In this document: piece by piece, positions 1 through 9,351 of the stretch
How positions within the stretch are numbered: position 1 is the first letter of the stretch
Layout: every line of letters begins with the position of its first letter
DNA from: a bacterium
Lineage (GTDB): Bacteria > Sysuimicrobiota > Sysuimicrobiia > Sysuimicrobiales > Kaftiobacteriaceae
NCBI GenBank assembly: GCA_044868695.1
Contig: JBIOWP010000105.1
Span: forward strand, 31,740-95,739
DNA length: 64,000 nt
Direction: 5' to 3'
Notes under the pieces: model-generated
The model's database searches: none
The model's input: only the letters and a program-made list of their open reading frames with translations
What the model was told of the DNA's origin: nothing
Program-made: the position numbers and the translations under genes

Positions 1-542
1 CGCAGGGCCGCGCGGTGGACTTCAAGAACGCGGTCATCATCATGACCAGCAACGTCGGCGCGCCGCTGTTGGAGAAGGAAGTGGCCATCGGCTTCAAGCC
101 GACGCGCGATCAGCAGGCGGCGGTGGACAGCGCCTACGTCCGGATGAAGGACCACATTACCGAGGAATTGCGCCGCACGTTCCGGCCGGAATTCCTGAAC
201 CGCATTGACGAGGTCATCATTTTCCGGCCGCTCAGCGGCGAGCAGCTCAAGCTGATCGTGAGCATTCTGATCGCGCGCGTCCAGCGGGAGCTGCGGGGCC
301 AGAGCATGGAGCTGGAACTAACCGACTCGGCGAAGGACCTCCTCGCCAAGGAGGGGTTCGATCCCACCTTCGGCGCGCGGCCGCTGCGGCGCACGATCCA
401 GCGCCTGATCGAGGACCAGCTCTCCGACGAGCTCCTGCGCGGCAACTTCAGCGCGGGCGACACCGTCGTCGTCGACGCGCGCGAGGACCGGATCGTGTTT
501 GAGCGCAAGCGGCAGCCCGAACCGGCGCTGAAAGGCGACTGA
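1..542 (+). CDS. clpC: ATP-dependent Clp protease ATPase subunit, C-terminal part (5' truncated by window)
   Basis: VDFKNAVIIMTSNVG, FRPEFLNRIDE and GARPLRRTIQ motifs of the AAA2/ClpB_D2 region; upstream of radA as in the ctsR-mcsAB-clpC-radA operon. Confidence 0.93.
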   Translation, partial: QGRAVDFKNAVIIMTSNVGAPLLEKEVAIGFKPTRDQQAAVDSAYVRMKDHITEELRRTFRPEFLNRIDEVIIFRPLSGEQLKLIVSILIARVQRELRGQSMELELTDSAKDLLAKEGFDPTFGARPLRRTIQRLIEDQLSDELLRGNFSAGDTVVVDAREDRIVFERKRQPEPALKGD

Positions 543-544
543 CT

Positions 545-673
545 GAGGGAACGAGGGGACAAGGGAACGAGGGAAATTCGAGGAATGTGGGTTTCGCAAC
601 GGAGGGCCCGGCACACACCGGGCCCTTTTCACTGCGATCCATTGTTCCCTAGTTCCCTCATTCCCTAGTTCCC
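545..673. repeat. Inverted pair of octamer tandem arrays flanking the clpC terminator
   Basis: gagggaac/gaggggac/aagggaac/gagggaa at 545-575 and ttccctag/ttccctca/ttccctag/ttccc at 645-673. Confidence 0.75.
603..630 (+). terminator. Rho-independent terminator-like hairpin after clpC
   Basis: agggcccgg-cacaca-ccgggccct followed by a short T run. Confidence 0.65.
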
Positions 674-692
674 GGACGCAGGAGGTTTCGGC

Positions 693-2042
693 GTGGCGAA
701 GGGGCGTCTTCAGTACGTCTGCCAGTCCTGCGGGTACACCTCGGCGAAGTGGCTGGGACGGTGCCCGTCGTGTGAGGCGTGGAATTCGTTCGTCGAAGAG
801 GCGCCTGCCGAGACGCGCCTCCCGACGTCCGCGGGGCCGCCCGCCGCGCCCGTGGCCATTACCGACGTGGTCGCCGCCTCCGAGCCCCGCATGGCGACCG
901 GACTGCGTGAGCTCGATCGCGTCCTGGGGGGCGGGCTCGTGCCGGGGTCGCTGGTCCTGATCGGCGGAGATCCGGGAATCGGGAAGTCCACCCTGCTGAC
1001 GATGGCCTGCCGGCACCTGGCCGAACAGGGCCGGCCGGTCCTCTATATCAGCGGCGAGGAATCCATCACACAAATCAAGCTGAGAGCGGACCGGCTCGGG
1101 GTCGCGTCGCCGCACCTGCTCCTGCTGGCCGAGAACAGCCTGGATGCCATTCTGGGTGCCTGCGAGCGCGCGAAGCCGCACGTGGTCATCGTTGACTCCA
1201 TCCAGACGGTCTACAAGGCCGACCTGGCGTCTGCGCCGGGCAGCGTCGGCCAGGTGCGGGAGTGCACGGCCGACCTGATGCGGCTGGCCAAAGGGCAGAA
1301 CGTGACCGTGCTCATCGTGGGGCACGTGACCAAAGAAGGTCAGCTGGCCGGCCCGCGGGTGCTGGAGCACATCGTGGACACCGTGCTCTACTTCGAAGGG
1401 GACCGGCATCACGCGTACCGCATCGTCCGCGCGACGAAGAACCGGTTCGGCTCGACCAACGAGATCGGCGTGTTTGAGATGCGCGCGGACGGCCTGCGCG
1501 AGGTGCCCAATCCCTCGGCGGCGTTCCTGTCCGAACGGGCCGCGGAGGCGCCGGGCTCGGTGGTGGTCTGCGCCGTAGAGGGCACGCGGCCGCTGCTCGT
1601 TGAAGTGCAGGCCCTGGTCACGCCGACCGTCTTTGGGATGCCGCGGCGCACCGCGGCGGGAGTGGATTACAACCGCATGGTAGTGCTGCTCGCGGTGCTG
1701 GAAAAGCGCGCCGGACTGCACCTATCCAGCCACGACGTGTACGTCAGCGTGGCCGGCGGGGTAACCGTGGACGAGCCCGCTGTCGACCTGGGCGCGGCCG
1801 CCGCTGTGGCCAGCAGCCTCCGCGACCGTCCTGCCGATGCCGCCGCGGTGGCGGTCGGCGAAGTCGGGCTGGCGGGGGAGATCCGGGTGGTGCCGCAGCT
1901 CGACAAGCGGGCCGCCGAAGCGGCGCGGATGGGGTTCCGGCGCTGCATCGTTCCGAAGCCCGCCGCGGAACTGGACGTGCCGGGTATTGAGCTCGTTCCC
2001 GTGGAGCACATTGGGGAAGCCCTGGCCAGGCTCATACCCTGA
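693..2042 (+). CDS. radA: DNA repair protein RadA/Sms
   Basis: N-terminal CQSC..CPSC zinc finger, Walker A GDPGIGKS, KNRFG motif, Lon-like C-terminus; aggagg RBS. Confidence 0.97.
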   Translation: MAKGRLQYVCQSCGYTSAKWLGRCPSCEAWNSFVEEAPAETRLPTSAGPPAAPVAITDVVAASEPRMATGLRELDRVLGGGLVPGSLVLIGGDPGIGKSTLLTMACRHLAEQGRPVLYISGEESITQIKLRADRLGVASPHLLLLAENSLDAILGACERAKPHVVIVDSIQTVYKADLASAPGSVGQVRECTADLMRLAKGQNVTVLIVGHVTKEGQLAGPRVLEHIVDTVLYFEGDRHHAYRIVRATKNRFGSTNEIGVFEMRADGLREVPNPSAAFLSERAAEAPGSVVVCAVEGTRPLLVEVQALVTPTVFGMPRRTAAGVDYNRMVVLLAVLEKRAGLHLSSHDVYVSVAGGVTVDEPAVDLGAAAAVASSLRDRPADAAAVAVGEVGLAGEIRVVPQLDKRAAEAARMGFRRCIVPKPAAELDVPGIELVPVEHIGEALARLIP

Positions 2043-2047
2043 AATTA

Positions 2048-2171
2048 CGGGACCAGGGACCGAGGACCGGTACGAAAACGATGGGACTAAAATAACGGCA
2101 CTCCGTAGCAGAGCACCTTTTGCTTCTTTAGGTTATCTGGTCCCTGGTCCCGGGTCCCCGGTCCCGCAGTT
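2048..2171. repeat. Inverted heptamer arrays (nGGGACC)n ... (nGGTCCC)n between convergent genes
   Basis: cgggacc agggacc gaggacc (2048-2068) and tggtccc tggtccc gggtccc cggtccc (2138-2165). Confidence 0.75.
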
Positions 2172-2172
2172 A

Positions 2173-2568
2173 TCAGGTGAGATTAAACACGCCTAAGGCA
2201 CTGACGCGGGCATGTTCCTTTTCGAGGACCTGTCTGAGGTTTAGATCGAGGAGGCCGCACAGCGCGGCGAGATAGAACAGGGTCGAGCCGATCTCGGTCT
2301 CCACTACCTCGCGGCACTTCTCGCACATCTCTCCCACCAGGTGCGTTGCCATGAACTGTTTGAGTTCCCGCAGGCTGACGTCGGTGGGGAAGGTCTGCTT
2401 GCTGGCATTGACCGAGATGCACCCGCAGCTGGTGACAGACTTCGCGACCGCCCGGTTGATGCGGGCGGTCGCTTCGGTGAGCTTCGTTTGAACGTCAAGG
2501 ATACTGCGATGCCGGAGCAGATATTCGGAGACCGTCGCCTGAAAATGCGCTTCGTCGGTGTGCTTCAT
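2173..2568 (-). CDS. Conserved hypothetical protein, CGC/CxxC, MazG-like C-terminal helix (type found beside radA in Clostridia)
   Basis: LLRHRSILD...KSVTSCGC...CEKCREVVETEIG..LFYLAALC..LDL pattern; RBS-like ggggg upstream. Confidence 0.8.
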   Translation of the reverse strand: MKHTDEAHFQATVSEYLLRHRSILDVQTKLTEATARINRAVAKSVTSCGCISVNASKQTFPTDVSLRELKQFMATHLVGEMCEKCREVVETEIGSTLFYLAALCGLLDLNLRQVLEKEHARVSALGVFNLT

Positions 2569-2727
2569 TCCGCCCCCCTGAGATGCTCCGCACCGCGCGT
2601 GCAGGCTAGGACGCTGTCATTATAGGTGTCGCCGCAAATCATTGTCAAGGAAGGCGCGGTGACAGTTGCACGTCCCCGTATGGGATGGGTTATAGTTAGA
2701 GAAGAACACGGAAGGTGTGACTCTACT

Positions 2728-3801
2728 ATGACGTGGGCGATACGGCTGGCCGGCCTGGTCCTCGGCGCGGTAGTCGGGGGACAGGTGGCCGGTGAACTTC
2801 CAACAACGTCAATCGTCGTCGGGCCGCTCGGAGTGCCGGTCCCGGTGGTGGGAATTGTCATCGGCGGGCTGCTGGGCGCGCTGCCGGCCGTATGGGTCTG
2901 GCGGCGCTTCGAGCGGACGATGGCCTGGGTGCTGGGCCGGCTCGCGCACGTCTCGCTGCGCGACGTGGCCCTGGGGCTGCTGGGTCTGAGCGCCGGCCTG
3001 GTGCTGGCGTTCCTGATCGGCTACCCGCTCTCGCGGATTCCCGGCATCGGGAACTATCTGGCGCTGGCCGCGGCCATTGTGCTGGCCTATCTCGGGTATC
3101 ACCTGGTGATGCAGCGCCGCGATGAGCTCAGCAGTTCGCTGTCGCGGATGGACCGCTCGGCGCGCGGCGGTTCGAAAGGCCGGGGGACCCCCAAGGTGCT
3201 GGACACCAGCGTCATCATCGACGGCCGGATCGCCGACGTCGTCAAGGCCGGGTTCCTGGAAGGACCACTGCTGGTGCCGCGCACGGTGCTGGCCGAACTA
3301 CAGCGCATTGCCGACTCCTCCGATACGCTCCGCCGCAACCGCGGCCGGCGCGGGCTGGACATCCTGCAGCGGCTCCAGCAGGACCTGCAAGCGGTGCAGA
3401 TCGTCGAAGACCCGAAAGACGGCGGCGGCGACGTGGATGGGTCACTGGTCACGATGGCCAAGACCGTCCGCGGATGGATCGTGACCAACGACTTCAACCT
3501 CAACAAGGTCGCCGAGCTGCAGGGGATCCGGGTGCTGAACATCAACGAACTCTCGCAGGCGCTGCGCCCGGTGGTGCTGCCGGGGGAGGAGCTGACCGTC
3601 CAGGTGATCAAGGACGGCAAGGAAGCCGGTCAGGGCGTCGGGTACCTCGACGACGGCACCATGGTCGTCGTCGAGGGAGGCAAGAAACACATCGGCGAAG
3701 CGTCGGAGGTCATCGTCACCAGCGTGCTGCAGACCGTGGCCGGCCGGATGATCTTCGGGCGGCCGAAGGAAGCGCAGGGCGCTCAGTCGGAGCGGCGATG
3801 A
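2728..3801 (+). CDS. yacL: PIN/TRAM domain membrane protein (YacL family)
   Basis: Four N-terminal TM segments, PIN motifs [13 protein letters not shown] and [28 protein letters not shown]; start placed at ATG 2728 after gaaggtg. Confidence 0.92.
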   Translation: MTWAIRLAGLVLGAVVGGQVAGELPTTSIVVGPLGVPVPVVGIVIGGLLGALPAVWVWRRFERTMAWVLGRLAHVSLRDVALGLLGLSAGLVLAFLIGYPLSRIPGIGNYLALAAAIVLAYLGYHLVMQRRDELSSSLSRMDRSARGGSKGRGTPKVLDTSVIIDGRIADVVKAGFLEGPLLVPRTVLAELQRIADSSDTLRRNRGRRGLDILQRLQQDLQAVQIVEDPKDGGGDVDGSLVTMAKTVRGWIVTNDFNLNKVAELQGIRVLNINELSQALRPVVLPGEELTVQVIKDGKEAGQGVGYLDDGTMVVVEGGKKHIGEASEVIVTSVLQTVAGRMIFGRPKEAQGAQSERR

Positions 3802-4961
3802 CCGCCGCGAACGCGGCAGCGGTCATCGTCGCCGCGGGCCGCGGCGAGCGTCTCCACAGTACCCTCCCCAAAGCGTTCGTTCCCGTCGCCGGGATTCCCA
3901 TACTCTTGCACGCGGTCCGGCGGGTCGTCCAGGCGCCGGTCGTTGACCGTGTGGTCGTTGTCGTCGGCTGGCCCGACGTCGAGCGGACCCGCACGCTGCT
4001 CGCCACGAGCGGCGTCCAGAAGGTTGCCGCCGTCGTCCCCGGTGGGGCCCACCGTCAGGACTCTGTCTCCGCCGGGCTCGCCGAGGTCGGCGATGCGCCG
4101 GTGTCGGTCGTGCACGACGGGGCCCGGCCGCTCGTCACCCCGGCGGTGATTACGGCAGTCGTGGATGCCGCGGTGGAGGCGGGCGCGGCCTCGGCCGGTG
4201 TCCCGGTGCGCGAGACGGTCAAGCAGGTTGAAGGCCGCGACGCCATCACGACACTCGATCGCGACCGGCTGTGGGTCGCACGCACTCCCCAGGCGTTCCG
4301 CACCGACCTGCTGCGGGAGGCGCATCGCCGGGCGAAGGAAGACGGGTTCTCCGGCACCGATGACGCGGTGCTGGTGGAACGTCTCGGCCACCGCGTCCGG
4401 ATGGTGGAGGACTCGCCGCAGAATCTGAAGATCACCGTGCCCGCCGACATCGAGCTGGCTGAGGCGTATCTGGGCCGTGGGGTCGTACGCACCGGCATCG
4501 GGTACGATGCGCACCGGCTGGCGATGGGCCGGCAGCTGCGCCTGGGCGGAGTGGAGATCCCGTTCCCCCGCGGTCTGGCAGGACACTCCGACGCCGACGT
4601 GCTCACCCACGCGGTCATGGATGCGCTGTTGGGCGCCGCCGGGCTGGGTGATATCGGGACGCACTTTTCTCCCTCAGATCCTGCGTACGCGGGGGCCGAC
4701 AGTCTCGAGCTGCTCCGCCGTGTCGGCGCCCTGGTGACCGGCGGAGGCTGGCGTATTGTCCACGTGGACGCCGTCGTCCTGGCCGAAGCCCCGCACCTGG
4801 CGCCCCATGTGGGGGAGATGCGCGTGCGCCTCGCCGCCGTCCTTGGCCTCGAGCCACCGTCTGTGAGCATCAAGGCCACCACCACAGAAGGCCTGGGCGC
4901 GATCGGGCGTGGGGAGGGCATAGCCGCGCAGGCCGTCGCGACCCTGGTCCAAGCCCCCTAG
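3798..4961 (+). CDS. ispDF: Bifunctional MEP cytidylyltransferase / MECDP synthase
   Basis: IspD motifs [26 protein letters not shown] fused in frame to Isp[32 protein letters not shown] overlap with yacL stop. Confidence 0.94.
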   Translation: MTAANAAAVIVAAGRGERLHSTLPKAFVPVAGIPILLHAVRRVVQAPVVDRVVVVVGWPDVERTRTLLATSGVQKVAAVVPGGAHRQDSVSAGLAEVGDAPVSVVHDGARPLVTPAVITAVVDAAVEAGAASAGVPVRETVKQVEGRDAITTLDRDRLWVARTPQAFRTDLLREAHRRAKEDGFSGTDDAVLVERLGHRVRMVEDSPQNLKITVPADIELAEAYLGRGVVRTGIGYDAHRLAMGRQLRLGGVEIPFPRGLAGHSDADVLTHAVMDALLGAAGLGDIGTHFSPSDPAYAGADSLELLRRVGALVTGGGWRIVHVDAVVLAEAPHLAPHVGEMRVRLAAVLGLEPPSVSIKATTTEGLGAIGRGEGIAAQAVATLVQAP

Positions 4962-5281
4962 TGCAGGAGCGCCGCTCCCTTCCCCAACTGCTGTTTGTGG
5001 AGCGCAAGGTGGTGGCCGATCCCATTACCGTGGAGGTGGACCGGCCGGCCGCGGTCCATCCGCGCATGAGCGGATTCTGGCGGGCGGGGGAATTCTACCA
5101 GGTCGTCAAGATCGTTGAGACCCGGCTCGAAGCGGGCGAGGCGTTTTTCCGGACCGTCACCGACCGGGGGTGCGTCGACGTCAGGCGCTACCACCGGGTC
5201 GACGCGCGGACCCTGCGGTCGTCCGTCGCGTGGGAAGTCTGCGCCGAGCTCGACGCGGTCGAAATCCACCGGACACCGTGA
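4961..5281 (+). CDS. Hypothetical protein (106 aa, possibly DUF6504-like small beta domain)
   Basis: Stop/start overlap with ispDF (TAGTG); fills the gap before cysS; F-W-x-G-x2-Y-x-V pattern. Confidence 0.6.
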   Translation: MQERRSLPQLLFVERKVVADPITVEVDRPAAVHPRMSGFWRAGEFYQVVKIVETRLEAGEAFFRTVTDRGCVDVRRYHRVDARTLRSSVAWEVCAELDAVEIHRTP

Positions 5282-5319
5282 ATGACTTCTTTTGATACAC
5301 TCGGGGATGAGGTTCTGGG

Positions 5320-6864
5320 ATGGGACTTCGCCTTCATAACACGCTGACCAGGAAGGTTGAAGCGTTCACTCCGCAGACCCCCGGGGTCGTACGGCTCTAC
5401 GTCTGCGGGCCCAATCTCTACGGGCCGGCTCACGTCGGGCATGGATTCAGCTACGCGTTCTTCGACGTCCTGCGCCGCTATCTGGAGTACCGGGGTCTTC
5501 GCGTCATCCACGTGCAGAACTTTACCGACATCGAGGATCGGATCATCGAGCGGGCCGTCCAAGAGGGCCGCGGCATCCCCGAGATCGCCCAGGAGAATAT
5601 CGACCGGTTCCTCCGGGAGATGGACGCCCTCGGCATCCGCCGGGCCGACCACTACCCGCGCGCGTCGGAGATGATCCTCAAGATCGTCGAGATCGTGCAG
5701 GGACTTATCGCGAAGGGATCTGCCTACCGCGTGAACGGGGACGTGTACTTCCGCGTCGCGTCGTTTCCGAGGTATCTGCGGCTGTCCGGGCGCACCTTGG
5801 AGGAGATGCAGGCGGGGGCGCGCATCGAGCCCGATCCGCGCAAACAGCACCCGATGGACTTCGCCCTCTGGAAGGCGGCCCGGCCCGGCGAACCGAACTG
5901 GCCCAGCCCCTGGGGTCCCGGCCGGCCGGGCTGGCACGTCGAATGTACCGCGATGAACCTGCAGTATCTCGGTCTCCCGGTCGACATTCACGGCGGGGGC
6001 GAGGACCTTGTGTTTCCGCATCACGAAAACGAGATCGCCCAGTCGGAAAGCTACACCGGACAGACGCCCTTCGTGCGCTACTGGCTGCACAATGCGTTGA
6101 TGAAGCCGCCGGTCGGCGACGAGATGCACCGGCACCTCGGGAACTTCGTGTCCCTGAACGAGGCACTGGCGCGCTACGAACCCGACGCCATCCGCCTGTT
6201 CTACCTCAGCGCGCACTACCGGACGCCGCTGCGGTGGACCGGCGAGGCCGTACGCGCGTCCGCCCGAGGTCTCGAGCGGCTGCGCACGGCCCTCGTCAAC
6301 GCGGGGGAGGGGGCTGCCGGGGTCACCGACGGAGGGGACGGCGGGCTGGAAGATGCCGCGCGCTGGGCGCGGGAGTCCTTTGAGCAGGCCATGGACGACG
6401 ACGTCAATACGCCGCAGGCGCTGGCCGCACTCTTCACGCTAGCCGGGGAGATCAACAGGGCTGCCGACCCGGGGTCCAAAGGGGCGGGGCGGGGCCGTGC
6501 CGGGCTGCAGCTCGCGGTGGCAACCCTGCGGGATCTGGCCGGCGTGCTGGGGCTTTCGCTGCGGCCGCAGGGTCTGACCCCCGGACTGCTCGCCGGCCTG
6601 CAGACGGTGCTGGCCGAGGTCCGCGGAGAAGCCGCCGACCTCTTTCCGGATACGGCCGGCGCCCAGGACCCTGAGGTTCTCATCCGCGTCCTCCTTGCGG
6701 GGCGGGAACGCGCGCGCGCGCGCCGCGCCTACGCCATCGCCGATCGCGTGCGGGCCCGGCTGGGGGACCTCGGGATTCAGATTGAAGATCTGCCGACCGG
6801 TCCCAGGTGGCGCGTCACGTCGACCGATGGACTCCGGCCCCCTGCCGATGACCAGGGGTCCTGA
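5320..6864 (+). CDS. cysS: Cysteine--tRNA ligase with atypical KMSKS loop
   Basis: YVCGP, HVGH, DFALWK, WPSPWGPGRPGWHVEC, DIHGGGEDLVFPHHENE, MDDD.NTP, C-terminal AD.VR..L...GI.IED....RWR. Confidence 0.92.
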   Translation: MGLRLHNTLTRKVEAFTPQTPGVVRLYVCGPNLYGPAHVGHGFSYAFFDVLRRYLEYRGLRVIHVQNFTDIEDRIIERAVQEGRGIPEIAQENIDRFLREMDALGIRRADHYPRASEMILKIVEIVQGLIAKGSAYRVNGDVYFRVASFPRYLRLSGRTLEEMQAGARIEPDPRKQHPMDFALWKAARPGEPNWPSPWGPGRPGWHVECTAMNLQYLGLPVDIHGGGEDLVFPHHENEIAQSESYTGQTPFVRYWLHNALMKPPVGDEMHRHLGNFVSLNEALARYEPDAIRLFYLSAHYRTPLRWTGEAVRASARGLERLRTALVNAGEGAAGVTDGGDGGLEDAARWARESFEQAMDDDVNTPQALAALFTLAGEINRAADPGSKGAGRGRAGLQLAVATLRDLAGVLGLSLRPQGLTPGLLAGLQTVLAEVRGEAADLFPDTAGAQDPEVLIRVLLAGRERARARRAYAIADRVRARLGDLGIQIEDLPTGPRWRVTSTDGLRPPADDQGS

Positions 6865-7648
6865 GCGCGGCGACCGCGGGGCTTCCTCCGACGCGATCCC
6901 CGGACGGCGCGCCGTGCTGGAGGCGCTGCGCGCGCGGCGGCCGCTGCGGAAGGTGCTCATCAGCCGGACGGCGCACGGCGCCAACATCCATGAGATCATT
7001 CAGGAAGCCCGGCAGCACGACGTCGTGGTGCAGTTTGTCGACGACCACCGGTTGGACGATCTGGTCCGCGCGGCGCGACACCAGGGGGTTGTGGCGCTGG
7101 CGTCTGCCAAGCCGACGGTGGCCGTTGACGACATCCTTGCCGCCGCGCGCAGCCGCAATCAGCCTCCTCTCGTCCTGGTCCTCGATGGCGTCGAGGATCC
7201 GGCCAATCTCGGCGCCATTGTTCGCACCGCCGAGGCGGCGGGCGTGCACGGGCTGATCATCCCCAAACACCGCGCCGCCGGGCTGACCTCCACCGTCGCC
7301 AAGGTGGCGGCCGGCGCGCTTGAGTATCTGCCCGTCGCGCAGGTCACCAACGTCACCCGCACGCTGGAGGAGCTCAAGGAGGCCGGCCTGTGGGTGGCCG
7401 GCGCCGACCCGGGCGCCGATGAACTGTATCACGACGCGCGCCTGATGCCCCCGCTCGCCCTGGTGATGGGGAAGGAAGGGAAGGGTCTCAGCCGGTTGGT
7501 GCGCGAGCACTGCGATATCCTGGTGCGCCTCCCGATGCGGGGGCGCGTCGAGTCGCTCAACGTGGCGGTCGCGACGGCCGTGCTCCTGTATGAGGTGGTC
7601 CGGCAGATGGTATCGACACCTCCGGCGGAACCGTCCGAGCGGCACTGA
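6848..7648 (+). CDS. rlmB: 23S rRNA (guanosine-2'-O)-methyltransferase, SpoU family
   Basis: HQGVVA, LDGVEDPANLGAIVRTA, MGKEGKGL, LPMRGRVESLNVAVA. Confidence 0.93.
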   Translation: MTRGPERGDRGASSDAIPGRRAVLEALRARRPLRKVLISRTAHGANIHEIIQEARQHDVVVQFVDDHRLDDLVRAARHQGVVALASAKPTVAVDDILAAARSRNQPPLVLVLDGVEDPANLGAIVRTAEAAGVHGLIIPKHRAAGLTSTVAKVAAGALEYLPVAQVTNVTRTLEELKEAGLWVAGADPGADELYHDARLMPPLALVMGKEGKGLSRLVREHCDILVRLPMRGRVESLNVAVATAVLLYEVVRQMVSTPPAEPSERH

Positions 7649-7683
7649 CCCCAGCCGGCCCGGGTTCCAAGCGCACCTTTTCC

Positions 7684-7712
7684 TTGACGCGTACAGAGGT
7701 GGTTCGTATAAT
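7684..7712 (+). promoter_or_regulatory. Near-consensus sigma-A promoter of sigH
   Basis: TTGACG-17 nt-TATAAT, 42 nt upstream of the GTG start that has a ggagg RBS. Confidence 0.85.
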
Positions 7713-7754
7713 GAGCATCGAATCTCATTCCTCTTTTCTCCGCGGAGGCGAAGA

Positions 7755-8393
7755 GTGGCTCTAGCGCGACGGGACGCACCGACGTACGCTGAAATGGGAG
7801 ATGAAGACCTCGTCGCCTCGGCAAAATCAGGCGACGATCACGCAAGCGAATACCTCATCAACAAGTACCGCAACTTCGTCCGCGTCAAGGCCAAGGCCTA
7901 CTTCCTCATCGGAGCCGACCGGGAAGATATCATCCAGGAGGGCATGATCGGCCTGTACAAGGCAATCCGCGATTTCCGGGCCGACAAACTCTCCTCGTTC
8001 CGCGCGTTCGCCGAGCTGTGCATCACCCGCCAGATCATCACCGCGATCAAGACCGCGACGCGCCAGAAGCATATCCCATTGAACTCCTACATCTCGTTGA
8101 ACAAGCCGATCTACGACGAGGACTCCGACCGCACCCTGCTGGACGTGATCAGCAGCATCAAGGTCAGCGACCCGGAGGAACTCGTCATCAATCAGGAAGC
8201 TTCCGCGACGATGCGGGAGCGTATCCGCAAGAATCTCAGCGAGCTGGAGTGCAAGGTCCTGACGGCCTACCTGGAGGGTAAGTCCTACCAGGAAATGGCC
8301 AATGAGCTCAACCGTCATGTGAAGTCCATCGACAACGCCCTCCAGCGCGTGAAGCGCAAGCTGGAACGCAACCTGGAAGGTGAGGAAGACTAG
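7755..8393 (+). CDS. sigH: RNA polymerase sigma factor SigH (Spo0H family)
   Basis: YFLIGADREDIIQEGMIGLYKAIRDF, SFRAFAELCITRQIITAIKTATRQKHIPLNSY, KSIDNALQRVKRKL; conserved position after rlmB. Confidence 0.96.
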   Translation: MALARRDAPTYAEMGDEDLVASAKSGDDHASEYLINKYRNFVRVKAKAYFLIGADREDIIQEGMIGLYKAIRDFRADKLSSFRAFAELCITRQIITAIKTATRQKHIPLNSYISLNKPIYDEDSDRTLLDVISSIKVSDPEELVINQEASATMRERIRKNLSELECKVLTAYLEGKSYQEMANELNRHVKSIDNALQRVKRKLERNLEGEED

Positions 8394-8419
8394 GCGATCG
8401 CGACCGCGGATCGTGTCTT

Positions 8420-8450
8420 AAGGGGATGAGGCAGGGCCTCATCCCCTTTC
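8420..8450 (+). terminator. Hairpin terminator after sigH
   Basis: aaggggatgaggc-agg-gcctcatcccctt 13-bp stem followed by a short T tract. Confidence 0.75.
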
Positions 8451-8466
8451 TGCTTGGAGGCGCGTC

Positions 8467-8607
8467 GTGCTCCGAATCCTATGCCCCGCGTGCCGGCTCG
8501 CGTTCATGCAGCTGGCCTCTGCTGAGGACGAACAGGTGATCTGTCCACGGTGCGGGACCCGATTTCAACCCGATGAGGAGGAGCTGGTGGATCCGGAGGA
8601 TGAGTGA
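8467..8607 (+). CDS. Small zinc-ribbon protein with acidic tail (46 aa, absent from ORF track)
   Basis: Hand translation MLRILCPACRLAFMQLASAEDEQVICPRCGTRFQPDEEELVDPEDE; ggagg at 8456-8460, 6 nt before GTG. Confidence 0.75.
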   Translation: MLRILCPACRLAFMQLASAEDEQVICPRCGTRFQPDEEELVDPEDE

Positions 8608-8640
8608 GAGGGACTGGGTGTCGGGGGTTAGGTGTCAGAG

Positions 8641-9351
8641 ATGACCGCAGACCCGGTCCCATCGGGTCGCGAGGTGATCGAACGCGTCACGACAGCGACA
8701 GGGGAATGGCAACTGCAGCGCCGCGAGGGGCACTTCGAGGTCATCTGCAACGGCATCTTCTTGATGGCGTCGTACAACCAGTCGTCCAACCGGCAGCTGG
8801 CGACCCTGGCGCTGGGCGGGGTGAGGGGGGAGGGCCTGCGGGTGCTGATCGGCGGACTGGGGATCGGGTACACTGCCCAGGCCGCGCTGGAAGATCCCCG
8901 GGTCAGGCGGCTGGAGATCGTGGAGATCGAGCCAGCCGTCGTGGCCTGGCACCGGGCCCACTTTTCAGGGCTGTGCGGGCGGCCCCTGGCCGACCCCCGG
9001 ACCGTCCTCGTGGAGGGCGACTTGAACGACGTGCCCTTGAGCCCCGGCTCCTACGACGCCATCCTGCTGGATACTGACAATGGGCCGGGGTGGCTGGCCA
9101 GACCGGACAACCGCCGCCTGTACACGCCCGCCGGTGTCGAGCGTATCATCCAGTCGCTGACCCCCCAGGGGATCGTCGGGTATTGGTCCGCCCACCAGGC
9201 CGAGGAGTTTTCGGCCTCACTCCGGTTGCCGGAGCGGGTCGTCCGCGAAATCGAGGTGCCGGAGGCGATTACGCCGGACCGCCGGGGAAACGCCTGGGTG
9301 TACCTGGTGCAGCGTGCGGAGGGGCCTGCTAGCCGCCTATCTGGATCATGA
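8641..9351 (+). CDS. Spermidine synthase-like SAM-dependent transferase
   Basis: VLIGGLGIGYT, EIE, DAILLDTDNGP motifs. Confidence 0.82.
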   Translation: MTADPVPSGREVIERVTTATGEWQLQRREGHFEVICNGIFLMASYNQSSNRQLATLALGGVRGEGLRVLIGGLGIGYTAQAALEDPRVRRLEIVEIEPAVVAWHRAHFSGLCGRPLADPRTVLVEGDLNDVPLSPGSYDAILLDTDNGPGWLARPDNRRLYTPAGVERIIQSLTPQGIVGYWSAHQAEEFSASLRLPERVVREIEVPEAITPDRRGNAWVYLVQRAEGPASRLSGS

